Part shown: positions 8,634-17,631 of the stretch, in pieces
Position numbering within the stretch: position 1 is the stretch's first letter
Layout of the letters: each line of letters opens with the position of its first letter
NCBI GenBank assembly: GCA_900234795.1
Contig: LT962688.1
Span: 4,320,001-4,352,000 of the forward strand
Source: Methylorubrum extorquens
GTDB taxonomy: Bacteria > Pseudomonadota > Alphaproteobacteria > Rhizobiales > Beijerinckiaceae
Length of the DNA: 32,000 nucleotides
Direction: 5' to 3'
Notes under the pieces: model-generated
Database searches by the model: none
What the model saw: the letters and a program-made list of their open reading frames with translations, nothing else
What the model was told of the DNA's origin: nothing
Made by a program: the position numbers and the translations under genes

Positions 8634-8666
8634 CGATTGCGAAAAACGCTTTCAGGAGAGGCTGGC

Positions 8667-9242
8667 ATGACCCCGATACGCGTCGAGGAGATCGGCGTCG
8701 AGCCGGTGACCATGGCCGAGATGCGCGGCTATCTCCGGCTGTCCTCCGACGAGACCGCCGAGGACGCCTTGATCGCCCGCCTGATCCCGGCGGCGCGGGC
8801 GGCGGTCGAGGCGGCCGCGCGCCGGCTGCTGCGGCCCGCCCGCTTCCGGGTGGTGCTGGCGGCCTGGCCCCGGCTCCGGCTGGTGCCGCTGCCGCTGAGC
8901 CCGCTCGTTGCGGTGCTTCGCGCCGGCCTGGTCGATGGGCGCGGTACCCTCACCGAGATCGAGCCGGGCCCGATCCGGGTCGGCCCCGATCCGTGGGAGG
9001 CGCCCTGCCTCCTGTTCGGGCCGGACCTGCCGCCGCTCGGCACGGCCTCCGCGCTGGTCGAGGTCAGCGCCGGCTGCGGCGGCGAGGGGCCGCCGGTCCC
9101 CGAGCCGCTGGTTCAGGCCCTGCGCCTGACGATCGCCGACTGGTTCGAGAACCGGGGCGATGCGGGCGGCGACGGCGCGCCCCGGCCGCTGCCGCCCGAG
9201 GCGGTGGGGCTCGCCGCCGCCTGCCGCCGGATGCGGCTCTGA
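8667..9242 (+). CDS. phage head-tail connector protein (RcGTA g6-like)
   Basis: ATG 8667 is preceded by AGGAGAGG. The translation VTMAEMRGYLRLSSDETAEDALIARLIPAARAAVE is typical of gp6-like connector (Phage_connect_1-type) proteins. Confidence 0.8.
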   Translation: MTPIRVEEIGVEPVTMAEMRGYLRLSSDETAEDALIARLIPAARAAVEAAARRLLRPARFRVVLAAWPRLRLVPLPLSPLVAVLRAGLVDGRGTLTEIEPGPIRVGPDPWEAPCLLFGPDLPPLGTASALVEVSAGCGGEGPPVPEPLVQALRLTIADWFENRGDAGGDGAPRPLPPEAVGLAAACRRMRL

Positions 9243-9263
9243 CCTGACCCATGGAGACCGACC

Positions 9264-9605
9264 ATGACACACAGGCCGCTCGGCGCGCGGCGGCGTCGCC
9301 TCGTGCTCGAAATGCCGGTGGACGAGCCCGACGGGTTCGGCGGCCGGCTCCGTCCCTACGTCGCCGGACCGGTGCTGTGGGGCTCGCTGGAATCGCTCGG
9401 CAGCGCCGCCGCGCCCCGTGGCGGGCGCACCGACCGGCCTGGCCTCTACCGCGTCGGCCTGCGCTACCGCCCCGGCGTCACCCCGGCCATGTGCTTCGCC
9501 GACGGGCCCCGCCGCTTCGCGATCCGCGCGGCCGATGACCCCGATGGGCGCCGCCGCGACCTCGTCTGCGAGGTGGAAGAGGTGATCGAGGAGGCTTCCC
9601 CGTGA
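9264..9605 (+). CDS. phage head closure / head-tail adaptor protein (RcGTA g7-like)
   Basis: 113 aa with GGAGA 6 nt upstream of the ATG. It resembles SPP1 gp16-like head-tail joining proteins (YRVGLRYRPGVTPAM, RFAIRAADDPDG). Synteny supports the call. Confidence 0.78.
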   Translation: MTHRPLGARRRRLVLEMPVDEPDGFGGRLRPYVAGPVLWGSLESLGSAAAPRGGRTDRPGLYRVGLRYRPGVTPAMCFADGPRRFAIRAADDPDGRRRDLVCEVEEVIEEASP

Positions 9606-10021
9606 CGCGTTCGAGCCCGCTGCTGGCCCTGCGGGCCGGCCTTCTCGCCCACCTTGCTGCGGATACGCCGCTTGCCGCGCTGATGGGCGGCCGCCTGCGG
9701 CTCTACGATGAGCCGCCGCGGGGTGCCGCCCCGGTCTATGCGCTGTTCGGACCGAGCGAAGTGAGCGACGATTCCGTCGATGGTGCGCAGCGCCACCGCC
9801 ACGCCTTCGCGCTGACGGTCTTCGCCAAGCCCGGCTCGGCCCGCTCGGCCCTGGAGGTGGCCGAGCGGATCGCCGCCCGCCTCGACGAGGCCGACCTCGC
9901 CGTGAGCGGCCACGCCCTCGTCCTTCTGCGCCTCAAGAGTCTCGCCGGCCTGCGCGACGAGCGCACCGGTGAGGCGCGCGCGACCCTTTCCTTCGAGGCG
10001 GTGACCGAAGTCGCCGCCTGA
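9602..10021 (+). CDS. DUF3168-like tail terminator/completion protein (RcGTA g8-like)
   Basis: The GTG start overlaps the g7 stop (GTGA). 139 aa; LYDEPPRGAAPVYALFG is typical of this family. Synteny supports the call. Confidence 0.78.
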   Translation: MTRSSPLLALRAGLLAHLAADTPLAALMGGRLRLYDEPPRGAAPVYALFGPSEVSDDSVDGAQRHRHAFALTVFAKPGSARSALEVAERIAARLDEADLAVSGHALVLLRLKSLAGLRDERTGEARATLSFEAVTEVAA

Positions 10022-10050
10022 TTTTCCTCGAAAACGCCGGAGCCGCGAGC

Positions 10051-10461
10051 ATGAGCGCACAGAGAGGCAGGGACCTCCTGGTCCGCGTCAGCAACGGGAG
10101 CGGCGGCTTCGTCGCGGTGGCGGGCCTGCGCGCCCGTCAGCTCGCCTTCAACGCCGAGACGGTGGACGTCACCAACGCCGATTCCGCCGGGCGCTGGCGT
10201 GAGCTGCTGGCCGGGGCGGGCGTGCGCCGCGCCGCGGTCGCCGGATCGGGCGTGTTCCGCGACGAGGCCTCCGACGCACGCCTGCGCCAGATGTTCTTCG
10301 ATGGCGTGATCGGCCTGTTCCAGATCGTGGTGCCGGATTTCGGCACGATCGAGGGCCTGTTCCAGATTACGAGCCTTGAATATCGCGGCGAGCATGCGGG
10401 CGAGGTGACCTTCGACATGGCCCTCGATTCCGCCGGCCCCTTGAGCTTCGCGGGGGCATGA
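10051..10461 (+). CDS. phage major tail protein, TP901-1 family (RcGTA g9-like)
   Basis: 136 aa. Contains GRDLLVRVSNGSGGFVAVAGLRARQLAFNAETVDVTNADS and FQITSLEYRGEHAGEVTF. Confidence 0.9.
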   Translation: MSAQRGRDLLVRVSNGSGGFVAVAGLRARQLAFNAETVDVTNADSAGRWRELLAGAGVRRAAVAGSGVFRDEASDARLRQMFFDGVIGLFQIVVPDFGTIEGLFQITSLEYRGEHAGEVTFDMALDSAGPLSFAGA

Positions 10462-10790
10462 CGATGGCCAACCGCCGCCGCGGCGAGGTGCCGCTGACCT
10501 TAGGCCAGGAGCGCTACACGCTCTGCCTCACCCTCGGCGCGCTCGCCGAACTGGAAGACGCGCTCGCCGCGGGCGACCTCGCCGGCCTGGCCGAGCGCTT
10601 TGCCGGCGGGCGGCTCGCCGCCCGCGACGTGATCGCGCTGCTCGGCGCGGCGCTCCGCGGCGGCGGCCATGCCCTCGATGACGAGGCGGTCGCACGGCTG
10701 CCGCTCTCCGGCGGATTGGCGGCCGTGACCGCAGCGCTCGGGGAGGCGCTGGTCGCGGCCTTCGGTGAGGCTCCGCCCGCGGACCCTTGA
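10458..10790 (+). CDS. GTA tail assembly chaperone-like protein (RcGTA g10-like)
   Basis: ATGA overlap with the g9 stop. 110 aa; GEVPLTLGQERYTLCLTLGALAELEDAL is typical of 'gene transfer agent family protein'. Confidence 0.8.
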   Translation: MTMANRRRGEVPLTLGQERYTLCLTLGALAELEDALAAGDLAGLAERFAGGRLAARDVIALLGAALRGGGHALDDEAVARLPLSGGLAAVTAALGEALVAAFGEAPPADP

Positions 10791-11017
10791 CCCTCGCGGG
10801 AAGCCACGCGCCGGAGACGCCCGTCTCCGCCTTCCCGTGGGATGCGGTGCTGACGCTCGGTCTCGCGACCCTGCGCTGGCGCCCGCGCGATCTCTGGGCC
10901 GCCACGCCCCGCGAACTGGCCGCGGCCGCGGGCCTGACCCGCCCGGCGCCCGACGCGCCGAGCCGGGCCGATCTCGAACGGCTGCTCGCCGCCCATCCCG
11001 ATCCGGGGACCCCGTGA
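10787..11017 (+). CDS. small GTA tail chaperone-like protein (RcGTA g10.1 / rcc01693-family-like)
   Basis: The TTG start overlaps the g10 stop (TTGA). 76 aa. FPWDAVLTLGLATLRWRPRDLWAATPRELAAA matches my recollection of the family motif. Start codon is uncertain. Confidence 0.68.
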   Translation: MTLAGSHAPETPVSAFPWDAVLTLGLATLRWRPRDLWAATPRELAAAAGLTRPAPDAPSRADLERLLAAHPDPGTP

Positions 11018-11643
11018 TGACCGACAGCGACCGCAGCACGGCCGAGCGCGCCAGGCAGCTCGAAACCCTCGACCGGCTGGCCCAGCGCTTCGGCCACAGC
11101 CTGCCCTCGGCCTTCGACCGCAATCTCAATGCCGGGCGCCAGCTCGACGGCGTGCTGGCCTCGCTGGCGAGCAAGCTTTCCAACGTTGCGGTCAAGGCGG
11201 CGCTGGCGCCGGTCAAGGCGGGCGTGACGAGCCTCGTCAACAGCCTGCTGAGCGCGGCCTTGGAGGGCGGCGGCACGACGGCGCTCGCCAAAGGCGGCAT
11301 CGTCTCCGACGGGCGGATCGTGCCGTTCCGCCTCGGCGGCGTTCTCGGCGGGGGACGGGTGCGCCCCTTCGCGGCCGGTGGGGTCGTGGCGGCACCGACC
11401 TACTTTCCGCTTGCCGGCTCTGACGGCGGCACCGGCCTGATGGGCGAGGCCGGGCCGGAGGCGATCCTGCCGCTCAGGCGCGGCAGCGACGGCCGCCTCG
11501 GCGTCGCCGCGGGTGGAGCCGAGCGTCCGGTCGCGGTCACCGTCAACATCGCCACGCCGGACATCGAGGGCTTCCGCCGCTCCGAGGCTCAGATCGCTGC
11601 CCGCCTCGCCCGCGCCGTGGCACGCGGCCGCCGAGCGCTCTGA
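11017..11643 (+). CDS. short phage tail tape measure protein (RcGTA g11-like)
   Basis: ATG 11017 (or GTG 11014) abuts the g10.1 stop. About 208 aa. The C-terminal GLMGEAGPEAILPL and DIEGFRRSEAQIAARLARAV motifs are typical of the GTA tape measure. The 10765 start in the track is shadow. Confidence 0.8.
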   Translation: MTDSDRSTAERARQLETLDRLAQRFGHSLPSAFDRNLNAGRQLDGVLASLASKLSNVAVKAALAPVKAGVTSLVNSLLSAALEGGGTTALAKGGIVSDGRIVPFRLGGVLGGGRVRPFAAGGVVAAPTYFPLAGSDGGTGLMGEAGPEAILPLRRGSDGRLGVAAGGAERPVAVTVNIATPDIEGFRRSEAQIAARLARAVARGRRAL

Positions 11644-11654
11644 GGAGCACCGCC

Positions 11655-12296
11655 ATGGCATCCGACTTTCACGAGGTCCGCTTTCCCCTCGATGTCGCCC
11701 TGCGCGGCAGCGGCGGCCCGGTGCGGCGCACCGAGATCGTCACGCTGGCCTCGGGCCGCGAGCACCGCAACAGCCGCTGGGCCGATTCGCGCCGCCGCTA
11801 CGATGCCGGGCTCGGCATCCGCACCCTCGACGCCCTGCACGCGGTGCTCGGCTTCTTCGAGGAGCAGCGCGGGCGCCTCTACGGGTTCCGCTACCGCGAC
11901 CGGGTCGATCACCGTTCCGGCCCGCCCTCGCGACCGCCTGAGCCGACCGACCAGCGGATCGGCACCGGCGACGGCACGACCCGCATCTTCGCCCTGGCCA
12001 AGACCTACGGGAGCGGCCCGGAGGCCTATCGTCGGGCGATCGCCAAGCCGGTGGCCGGCACTGTGCGCGTGGCAGTGAACGGTGCCGAGGTGGCGGCCCC
12101 GAAACTCGCCGTCGATCCAGTCACGGGCCGGGTCACCTTCGCCGCCGACGCGGCGCCGCCGCCGGGCGCCGCCGTCACGGCCGGTTTCGAGTTCGATGTG
12201 CCGGTCCGCTTCGACACTGACGAACTCACTGTGGACCTCGCCGCCTTCACCGCCGGCGAGGTGCCGCGCATCCCGCTGATCGAGATTCTGCCCTGA
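11655..12296 (+). CDS. DUF2460-family distal tail protein (RcGTA g12-like)
   Basis: 213 aa. Contains FHEVRFPLDVALRGSGGPVRRTEIVTLASGREHRNSRW. Confidence 0.9.
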   Translation: MASDFHEVRFPLDVALRGSGGPVRRTEIVTLASGREHRNSRWADSRRRYDAGLGIRTLDALHAVLGFFEEQRGRLYGFRYRDRVDHRSGPPSRPPEPTDQRIGTGDGTTRIFALAKTYGSGPEAYRRAIAKPVAGTVRVAVNGAEVAAPKLAVDPVTGRVTFAADAAPPPGAAVTAGFEFDVPVRFDTDELTVDLAAFTAGEVPRIPLIEILP

Positions 12297-12306
12297 GGGA
12301 AAGCCC

Positions 12307-13200
12307 ATGCGCGCCGTCCCGCCCCGTCTCGCGGCCCGCCTAAAGGGCGGCGCGACCACGCTCTGCCGCTGCTGGGCCCTGCGCCGCCGCGACGGCCTCG
12401 TCCTCGGCTTCACCGACCACGACCGCGATCTCGTCCTCAGTGGCGTGACCTACACCGCCCGCAGCGGGCTGGAGGCGGCCGAGGCCAGCGCGGAACTCGG
12501 TTTTGCCGTCGGCGGCGGCGAGGTGGCCGGGGCGCTGACCTCGGCCGGGATCACGGAAGCCGACGTCGCGGCGGGGCTCTATGATGGGGCCGGGGTCGAG
12601 ACCTGGCTGGTCGATTGGGCCGAGCCCGAGGCGCGCCTGCTCCTCGACGTGGCGACCCTGGGCGAAATCCGCCGGGAAGGGGGCGCCTTCGTCGCCGAAC
12701 TGCGCGGGTTGATGCACCGCCTCGACGTCACCGTCGGGCGCAGCTTCCGCGCCGCCTGCGACGCGGAACTCGGCGATGCCCGCTGCCGCCTCGATCTCGC
12801 GGACCCGCGCTTCCGCGCGACCGGCACCGTACGGGCCGCGTCCGAGCCCGGCCGGCTCAGCGTCGCGCTGGCGGGGAGCTTCGCCGTGGGTTGGTTCTCC
12901 GGCGGTCGTCTGACCTGGGACACGGGCGCCAATGCCGGACATGCCGCGGATCTGCGCGGCCATCGCCGCGACGGTGCGGCGACGATCCTCGACCTGTGGG
13001 ATCCGCCGCCGCGCCCAGTTGTGACCGGCGATACCTTCACGCTCGTCGCGGGCTGCGACAAGAGCCTCGCCGCCTGCCGCGGAAAGTTTGCCAACACCCT
13101 CAACTTCCAGGGTTTTCCGCACATGCCCGGCAACGACTTCGTGCTGCGCTCCGGGCCTGAGGCCGGCGCGCGCCTCGACGGCTCCAGCCTGTTCCGGTGA
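12307..13200 (+). CDS. DUF2163 / BR0599-family baseplate hub protein (RcGTA g13-like)
   Basis: 297 aa. Contains GGATTLCRCWALRRRDGLVLGFTDHDRDL and a C-terminal FQGFPHMPGNDF. Confidence 0.9.
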   Translation: MRAVPPRLAARLKGGATTLCRCWALRRRDGLVLGFTDHDRDLVLSGVTYTARSGLEAAEASAELGFAVGGGEVAGALTSAGITEADVAAGLYDGAGVETWLVDWAEPEARLLLDVATLGEIRREGGAFVAELRGLMHRLDVTVGRSFRAACDAELGDARCRLDLADPRFRATGTVRAASEPGRLSVALAGSFAVGWFSGGRLTWDTGANAGHAADLRGHRRDGAATILDLWDPPPRPVVTGDTFTLVAGCDKSLAACRGKFANTLNFQGFPHMPGNDFVLRSGPEAGARLDGSSLFR

Positions 13201-13207
13201 GGCCATC

Positions 13208-13672
13208 ATGGATGACGACGTCTCGCCGCTCGCCGGACGGATCGTGGCGGAGGCCCGCAACTGGGCCGGAACGCCCTACCGGCACCAAGCCTCGCTGAAG
13301 GGCGTCGGCTGCGATTGTCTCGGCCTGCTGCGCGGGGTCTGGCAGGCCGTGCTCGGCCCCGAGCCGGAAGAGGCGCCGCCCTACGCCGCCACATGGGCCG
13401 AATCGGCCCTCGACGGTGCCGACCCGCTGGTCGCCGCCGCGCGGCGGCACCTCGTGCCGATCACCGGACCGTTGGCCGCCTATCGGCCCCGGGCCGGCGA
13501 TGTCCTGCTCTTCGCGTTTCGCGCACATTTGCCGGCAAAGCACTGCGCCATCGCCACCGGGTCGGTGGCGATGATCCACGCCCATGCTGGCGCGGCGGTG
13601 ACCGAGGTTGCGCTCACGCCGTGGTGGCGGCGCCACCTCGCTCACGCCTTCCGCTTTCCCGATCCGCCCTGA
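13208..13672 (+). CDS. NlpC/P60-family cell-wall peptidase (RcGTA g14-like)
   Basis: Starts at ATG 13208. Contains WAGTPYRHQASLKGVGCDCLGLLRGVW (catalytic Cys) and a later H in IHAH. The 13088 start in the track is shadow inside g13. Confidence 0.9.
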   Translation: MDDDVSPLAGRIVAEARNWAGTPYRHQASLKGVGCDCLGLLRGVWQAVLGPEPEEAPPYAATWAESALDGADPLVAAARRHLVPITGPLAAYRPRAGDVLLFAFRAHLPAKHCAIATGSVAMIHAHAGAAVTEVALTPWWRRHLAHAFRFPDPP

Positions 13673-13695
13673 CCCTTTCACTGAGAGGCACCGCC

Positions 13696-16600
13696 ATGAC
13701 GACGCTCGTCCTGCAAACCGCCGGCGAGGCGGTCGGCACTGCGCTCGGCGGCCCCATCGGCGGAATGATCGGGCGCGTGGCCGGCTCGGCCGGGGGCGCG
13801 GCGCTCGACGGCGCGCTGTTCGGCACCGGCACGAGCCCGCGCTTCGTGGACGGCCCGCGGCTGACCGAACTCGGCGGCCTCGCCTCCACCGAGGGCGCGC
13901 CGGTGCCGCGCGTCTACGGCCGGGCCCGCATCGGCGGCACCCTGATCTGGGCGACGCGCCCGCTCGAGGTCGCCAACACCACCGTGGAGCGATCCTCCTC
14001 CGGCTCGAAGGGTGGGGCGGGCGGCCAGAAAACCGTGCGCACCGCCTACAGCACCTTCATCGATCTCGCCGTCGGGCTGTGTGCGGGCGAGATTGCCCTG
14101 GTCCGCCGGATCTGGGCCGATGGCAGCGAACTCGACCTGACGACGCTCAATTGGCGCGTTCATACCGGCTCGGGGACGCAGGCACCCGATCCGCTGATCG
14201 TCGCCAAGGAAGGCGCGAACAACGCGCCGGCCTATCGCGGACTTGCCTACATCGTGTTCGAGCGGCTGCCGCTCGCCGCCTTCGGCAACCGCATTCCGCA
14301 ATTCGCCTTCGAGGTGATCCGCCCCGTCGCCGGGCTGGCGAGCAAGGTCCGCGCGGTCTGCCTGATACCGGGCTCGACCGAGTTCGGCCTCGACCCGCTC
14401 GCCGTCAGCGAGGATGCGGGATTCGGCGCTACGAAGCCGGCAAACCGTTTCCAGTTTCAGGGCGCGAGTGACGTTGTCGCCTCGCTCGATGCGCTTCAGG
14501 CTTTGTGCCCGAGGCTCAAGCGCGTCTCGGTGGTGGCAAGCTGGTTCGGCGACGATCTGCGCGCCGGGCACTGCACCGTGACGCCGCGGGTCGACGCGAC
14601 GGCGAAGGCGACGACGGGCGAGCCCTGGTCCGTTGCCGGGCTGAACCGCGCCGCGGCGCAGGCCGTCTCCCGCTCCGGTGAGACGGCCGCCTATATGGCG
14701 GTACGCCGTCCGATGCCGGGCTAGGGCGGCTGGTGGCGGAGCTGACCCGCCGCGGCCTCGCGGTGGTGCTCTATCCCTTCGTGATGATGGATGTGCCGGC
14801 CGGCAACGCCCTGCCGGACCCGTACCGGCCCGGCGAAACGCAGCCGGCTTACCCTTGGCGCGGGCGCATGACCTGCGATCCCGCTCCCGACCGGGCCGGA
14901 AGCCCGGACGCGACCGGCGGCGCGGCCGATCAGGTCGCGGCCTTCTTCGAGGGGCGGCAGGGCTATCGGGCGATGATCCTACACTATGCCGGCCTCGCCG
15001 CCGGCTGGGCGGCGGCGGGAGCGCCGCTCGCGGGCTTCGTCCTCGGTAGCGAGTTCGTGGGCCTCACGCGGGTGCGCGGACCGGCCGGCGCCTATCCGGC
15101 GGTCGCGCAGCTCCGGCGCCTCGCCACGGAGGTGCGCGCCCGCCTCGGCCGCGATGTCAGCCTCGTCTACGCCGCCGACTGGACCGAGTACGGCGCCCAT
15201 GTCCGCGACGGCGGCGCCTCCGTGCGCTTCCCCCCTCGATCCGCTCTTTGCCGATCCGGCCATCGATGCCGTCGGCATCGACTACTACCCGCCGATTTCG
15301 GATTGGCGCGACGGGTCGGATCATCGCGACGCGGCGGACGCCGGCAGCCTCTACGACCGCGCCTATCTCAAGAACCGCCTCGGGGCAGGCGAGGCGTTCG
15401 ACTGGTACTACGCCAGCCCCGAGGATCGCGCCGCGCAACGCCGTACGCCGATCACCGACGGCGCCCACGGGAACCCGTGGATCTACCGGGCCAAGGATCT
15501 CGTCGCGTGGTGGTCGAACCCGCATGTCGAGCGGGCCGGCGGCGTCGAGACCGGGCCGACGGCCTGGATGCCGGGCGCCAAGCCGATCTGGCTCACCGAG
15601 ATCGGCATCCCGGCGGTCGATCGCGGCACCAACGGGCCCAACGTCTTCCCCGATCCGAAATCGTCCGAGAACGCCGCTCCGCCCTTCTCCCGCGGCTGCC
15701 GCGACGACCTGATCCAGGCCCGCGGCCTCGACGCGATCCTCTCGCGCTTCGATCCTGGATCTGAGGGTTTTGAGCCGGCTCATAATCCAGTCTCGCCCCT
15801 CTATGGCGGCCGGATGATCCCGGCCGAAGACATCTACGTCTGGGCCTGGGATGCCCGGCCGTTTCCGGCTTTCCCCGATTTCACGAGCCTGTGGTCGGAC
15901 GCCGCCAACTGGGCTCTCGGCCACTGGATCACCGGCCGGATCGAGGGGCTGGAACTCGACCGGCTGATCGCGGCGATCCTGGCCGATCTCGGCATCGAGG
16001 CGCCCCTCGACATCGATGCCGCCGGATTCCTCGATGGGGCCGTGCTCGACCGGTCGCTCTCCGCCCGCGAGGCGCTGGAGCCGCTCGCCCGGCTGTTCAA
16101 CCTCGACGTCTCGGTCTCCGGGGGCACCCTGCGGATTCGCGACGGGCGCACGCGCGCGCCCGCCATGCTGGACGCGGGCGACCTCGTTCTCGGCGAGGGC
16201 GAGGCGGCGCCCCTGCGCCGGGTGCGGGCGCAGGAGAGCGAGTTGCCGCGCTCCGTCACGATCGGCTTTTCCGACGGCGAGAGCCCGGATTACCGCCGCG
16301 CCACCGCATCTGCCGCACGCCCGGCCGGCGCGCGGCGGCAGGAGGTGCGCGTTGAGGCGGCCATCGTCACCCGGCGCGACGCCGTGCAGGCGCTGGCGGA
16401 GGCCGTCCTCGACGCGGCGCTCGCGGGCCGGGATACGGCCGCCTTCGGGGTGAGCCCACGCCGGATCGATCTGGAGCCCGGCGATGTGGTGGCACTCCCG
16501 GACGCGGACAGCGGGACGCTTCACCGGATCGTGCGAATCGACGACGCACCCACGGGCCGCCGGATCGAGACCCGGGCCGTGCCGTTGCCTCGGTCCGATC

Positions 16601-17607
16601 GCGCACCCACCACGCCGGCCCCGAGAACGGGCCGGAGGCCGCCGGCGGTGCCGGGGCCGGTCTTCGCCCTGCCGCTCGTTCTGCCGGTGGAGCGCGGCGA
16701 CCCGGTGCCGCTCGCCTATCTCGCGGTCTCGGCCGATCCCTGGCCCGGTGCCGTCGCGGTCTGGCGCTCGGCCGGCGAGGGCGCGCCGTTCGCGCTCCAC
16801 CGCACCCTCGACCATCCGGCCTGCCTCGGCCGCACGCTGACCCCGCTGCCGCCGGGCCCGCTCTGGCGCTTCGACCGCAACGCCCGCCTCGACGTCACCC
16901 TGCGCCACGCGGACGGGTTGAGCGCCATCGGCGAGGCCGCCGCCCTGGCCGGCGGCAACCTGTTCGCTCTGGTCGGCGCGGACGGGGCGGTGGAACTCCT
17001 GTCCGCGGCCAGGGTCGAGCTGATCGGGTCCGGCACGTGGCGGCTCTCGGGCCTGCTGCGGGGCTTGGCCGGCAGCGAGGCCGCCGCCGGCCGTTCGGCG
17101 GGCACGGGCAGCCTGATCGTGCGCCTCGACGACGGTGCCGTCCGGCCCCTCGTCGATCGGCTCGACGAGGTCGGCCGCCGCTTCCTCTACCGGGTCGGCC
17201 CGGCGGAGCGCGATCCGGCCGATCCTGCCTTCGTCGGTTTTGCGGCGACGGCCGACCTGACCGCCTTCACCCCGTTGAGCCCGGTTCACCTGCGCGCCCG
17301 ACGCGAAGCCGAAGGCATCCGCTTCCATTGGACCCGGCGGGCGCGGCGCGATGCCGACGCCTGGGAGCCGGCCGACCTGCCGCCGGGCGAGGGGGCGGAG
17401 GCCTACCGCCTCGACATCCTCGCCGAGGACGGGCGGATTCTGCGCAGCCTGAGCACCGCCACGACGAGCGTGCTCTACGCCCGCGCCGACGAGATCGCCG
17501 ATTTCGGCACGCCCCGCACCGAGATCGACGCCGCTTTGGTGCCGATCGGTCCGCTCGCCGGCCCCGGCCCCGCCCGCCGGGCACGGGTGAGCCTGCGGAC
17601 CGTCTGA
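13696..17607 (+). pseudogene. GTA host-specificity / tail 'megatron' protein (RcGTA g15-like), interrupted by two frameshifts as sequenced
   Basis: ATG 13696 has GAGAGG upstream. The conserved sequence runs in frame 1 to about 14693, in frame 0 over 14694-15233 (YGGTPSDAGL...YPFVMMD...YAADWTEYG...VRFP), then in frame 1 again from 15235 (LDPLFADPAIDAVGIDYYPPISDWRDG) to TGA 17607. As written, translation stops at TAG 14722-14724. Repaired length would be about 1302 aa. Confidence 0.85.
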
Positions 17608-17631
17608 CACCTGACATTTCCGGAGTGGCCC

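Noticed and set aside
14692-15235. Programmed ribosomal frameshifting as the explanation for the g15 frame changes.
   Set aside because: Neither site is a slippery heptamer with a downstream stimulatory structure. One change is +2. The homologues I recall are single continuous ORFs. Mutation or sequencing error is the simpler explanation.
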